From assembly GCA_024704765.1 (NCBI GenBank), contig JAKMXF010000346.1, positions 130,803 to 194,802 of the forward strand: a stretch of 64,000 bases of DNA, given 5' to 3'. The position numbers were made by a program, and so were the translations under genes. This document shows, in pieces, positions 60,299 to 64,000 of the stretch. The notes beneath the pieces were generated by a model that saw only the letters and a list, made by a program, of their open reading frames with translations, was not told the origin of the DNA and did no database searches. Positions within the stretch are counted from its first letter, which is position 1. Every line of letters begins with the position of its first letter. Origin of the DNA: Oopsacas minuta. Lineage: Eukaryota; Animalia; Porifera.

Positions 60299-62965
60299 CT
60301 AGTGCGTTCAATAAGTCTTACGCGGGATATCATAGAATATGATACAAACACTATACACACTAGTTCACTATTTCATTTATTCAAAGGAATTCCCTCCTGC
60401 AGATACACAAAGTTTTAACCTTTCCACCCACTTGTGAAACACATTTCTGTGTCTTCTTCGGGGATGGATTTGAAGTACTGGTACAGGCCCGTTCCGAGTG
60501 CTTGTAATGTGTTATAATCTTTGCCTTGAAGGTAGATTTTAAACTTGGGGAATAGCCAAAAATCACACGGAGCTAGGTCTGGTGAGTATGGTGGATGGGG
60601 AAGTAACTCTAACCCTTCTACATCTAAGAAATTTTTGGTAAACTTAGCTGTATTGGAACTGGCGTTATCAATTAAATTCTTCATTTCTCGAGTTCTGGTT
60701 TTCGGGCGGTACTTTTCAATATTTTTCAACAAATTTGGAAACACTTGCTCTGTAAAGAAAGTAGCAGTAACAGCCTTGCCACTATCACAAGGTAATTGCA
60801 AGACAATTCCATGACTACTGAAGATGATGGTATACATAATCTTAGGTTTTCTGAAGTCGGGCCTAGGAATTATCGCCGGTTGTTGTTGCCCCTTACCCAT
60901 GATCGCTTCTTATACTTGCTATATGGTGTTGAATAGTACACCCACGTCTCGTCACAAGTAATAATCTCTGTTAAGCGTCTAGAATCGCAGTTCTCATAAT
61001 TTTCCAAGGGTTTCTTGGCAATATTCAGTGGTGTCAACCTTTGATTCTCACTGAGCTTATGCGGGACCCATTCCCCACAAATCGATCGGTAGCGAAGCTC
61101 AGTCGTCAGAATTGTACGAATAGCTCTCGATGAAATCTCCATATACTTTGTTCTAACTGATTGACAGTAATGCACTTGTCTTCCATGACCATACTTTCAA
61201 TGAATGCGATATTCTCTGAAGTGGTGGTGGATACCGTCTTCCAGATCGAGGCAAATCTGTGACAACAGCATCAGCAGATCTAAAAGGGGCAGCCCATCGC
61301 TCTACAGTAGATCTGGAAGGGCACTCCATGCACAATATCTCCTGTAACTCGCTGAAGATCTGTACGGGCTGGAGCTTGAGTATTGTGCGAAACTCTATGT
61401 ACGCTCACCATTTGAGGTTGAAATTATCATCCTTCGAAACCATAAATTCAACAGTGGGTATAAATTGGCTACACGTAACTATCTCAAAAATTCATAATTA
61501 GTATTGAATAAGCTTGAAACTTTCAGTATATGAAATTTAACTACAGGGGCATTCAATAAATACCAATCATACCATCTAAAACTATAGATACTTGTATAAA
61601 GTTGGTAATTTTTGCTATGAATGTTCAAAGTAGTCTGCTTTATACGCTACAACTGAATTTAGCCTTTTAATCCAATTTTCAAATGTCTTTCTGTACTCAT
61701 CCTTGGGAATGACTTCAAGGTATCTGTAAATTGCCCGACCGAGGCTGAGCCGATCCTCAAATTCGCGTCCGGAGAGGTTATCTTTGAGTTTTCTAAACAG
61801 CCAGAAGTCACATGGGGCTATATCAGGGGAGTAAGGTGGATGTGGAACTTCGTGCATATCCATATCTTTAATTTTTTGCCTTACAGCCAAAGATTTATGC
61901 GGTCTAGCATTATCGTGCAAAATTTTGAGACCACGAGTTCCAGTCTTTGGACGACGCTTAAGATAATGTTTTTCGACCTCAGGCAACACCACATCTGCGT
62001 AAAATTGTCCTGTGAGTGTCTGACCTTTGGGAACAGGGATTTGGGTTACAGGACCTAGGCCATCGAAAAATATCCAGTACAAGACCTTCGGGGCACGGAA
62101 GTCGGATATACAAACAGCTGGGGTAACCTCTCCCTTCTTTAGCCATACCCTGCCATCTTGCTTTCTGATCGGTGGTTAGAATTGTATCCATGTTTCATCT
62201 CCTGTTTCTATCTCTAATAACCGCCTAGGGTCACTTCCTTCATAAATTTCAAGGTTTTCCTCAGCCATTTGGAGTCTCGCGGCCTTTTGTGGAAAGTTAA
62301 GCAATGTGGTACCCATCGCACTTGGACCTTCCTCAGTTCTAAATCCGCCTTCAGAATTGTGTGTGCACTTCCCGTTGAAAGCCAACATAGTTAGCTACGT
62401 CCTCAACCGAAGAATGCGGAAAAGACTCGACATATTCCTTTACTTCACTCATTTTGTCATTGTTGGTCGCCAGTTTTGGTGCTCCAGGACGTGGGGCGTC
62501 TTGGACAGAGGTCCTACCTTCCCTAAATAGGCTCACCACCTTCTGACAGTTGAATACGATAAAGTATCTCCTACACATATCGTTGCCACTCGTCATGAAT
62601 AGACTTTGGAGGGATTCCGAGTATGGTGCGAAATTTGATGTACGTTCGTTGTTCAAGTTCAGAAAATTTGGACAAGAAGCCATGAAAAATGTAAAGGAGA
62701 AAATGTAGGTTTCTAAAAATAACTGAAACTTAGGAAATAATTAAGTGATCAACTCTCTCTAAGTTTTGTTAGAAAGTTGAAATATGGTTCTATATAATTG
62801 CACTGAGAAATACTAGTTTAAAACTGCTATTTCATTAAAAATATACAATGATTAGTATATATTGAATGCCCCTGTATTTGGGCTTATAATATATGAAAGT
62901 TTGATATAGTACTTGACTAATTCCTAAGTTATATCATGACCCATAAGACTTATTGAACGCCATGA
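60299..62965 (-). mobile_element. mariner element hosting a nested mariner
   Basis: Shared GCGTTCAATAAGTCTTA at both ends; ~1336 bp after removing the insert. WVPHKLS, TCDETWVY and PHPPYSPDLAPCDFWLFPK motifs. Confidence 0.85.
61544..62874 (-). mobile_element. mariner (DD34D) element nested in the previous one
   Basis: 27-bp TIR CAGGGGCATTCAATA.ATAC.AATCAT with TA TSD. TGDETW, HDNARPH and PHPPYSPDIAPCDFWLF motifs. Confidence 0.92.
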
Positions 62966-63248
62966 TAATTTTGTTTATAAATAGTGCATATACTTCATGT
63001 ACATGAGAAATTATGGCACCAGTGAGTAAAAATAAGGTTAAGAAATCTTATTAGTTAAGAAATGAGCTATTCAAGTTCAAAGTGTATCAGAGGTTAACTG
63101 GTAAACACTGGTCATGTATCGTGATATTTTAATCAGAATACAGTATCAGGACATACAAAGTATTGAGAGTCAATTTCAAAGTTCATCACACAAATTACCA
63201 AATTATATGGTACAAAGTATGGTGATTCAAAAGTAAATTAATTTCAAA

Positions 63249-64000
63249 AGAATTCTTACAGTATGCAATACAAACTATTATCACTCAAATTCAAAGTTAG
63301 TTTAATAGAATTCTTAGAGTATGCAATACAAACTATTATCACTCAATTTCAAAGTTAGTCAAATAGAATTCTTACTGTTTGGAATACAAACTATTATCAC
63401 TCAAATTCAAAGTTAGTCAAATAGAATTCTTACAGTATGGAATACAAACTATTATCACTCAATTTCAAAGTTAGTTAAATAGAATTCTTAGAGTATGCAA
63501 TACAAACTATTATCACTTAATTTCAAACATAGTCAAATAGAATTCTTACAGTATGCAATACAAACTATTATCACTCAAATTCAAAGTTAGTTAAATAGAA
63601 TTCTTAGAGTATGCAATACAAACTATTATCACTCAATTTCAAAGTTAGTTAAATAGAATTATTAGAGTATGCAATACAAACTATTATCACTCAATTTCAA
63701 AGTTAGTCAAATAGAATTCTTAGAGTATGCAATACAAACTATTATCACTCAATTTCAAAGTTAGTCAAATAGAATTCTTACTGTATGGAATACAAACTAT
63801 TATCACTCAATTTCAAAGTTAGTTAGATAGAATTGTTAGAGTATGCAATACAAACTATTATCACTCAATTTCAAAGTTAGTTAGATAGAATTGTTAGAGT
63901 ATGCAATACAAACTATTATCACTCAATTTCAAAGTTAGTCAAATAGAATTCTTACTGTATGGAATACAAACTATTATCACTCAAATTCAAAGTTAGTTAA
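63249..64000. repeat. 58-bp tandem satellite (~13 monomers, runs off the window end)
   Basis: Consensus TTCTTAGAGTATGCAATACAAACTATTATCACTCAATTTCAAAGTTAGTCAAATAGAA; constant 58-bp period; no spacers. Confidence 0.97.

Noticed and set aside
63249-64000. CRISPR array
   Set aside because: Monomers are contiguous 58-bp repeats with no unique spacers; eukaryotic context and no cas genes.

Overview
AT-rich eukaryotic (probably animal) genomic DNA with two recognisable host genes in dense, nested DNA-transposon sequence. The first is an intronless PNUTS/PPP1R10 ORF (1168-3189, +). The second is an eIF2B-delta (EIF2B4) gene reconstructed from three coding exons (15639-15863, 43245-43843, 56357-56849; 438 aa). 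Its two introns are 27.4 kb and 12.5 kb and consist largely of transposons. TE content: Tc1/mariner (pogo, DD34D, DD34E, DD37D, DD37E), several hAT lineages, three Chapaev copies, a Transib/RAG1-like relic, a MULE-like element, a decayed RepHel Helitron split by three nested insertions, a non-autonomous Helitron family with triloop-hairpin ends, and several fold-back elements. No retrotransposon could be supported. The window ends in a 58-bp tandem satellite. Most notable: the giant TE-filled introns of an essential gene; a near-identical inverted 2.3-kb Chapaev pair bracketing exon 2; an AG acceptor exactly 12 nt before the ATG of both host genes; and a nearly intact, intron-containing compact hAT. 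Family assignments rest on motif recognition from memory, not database searches.
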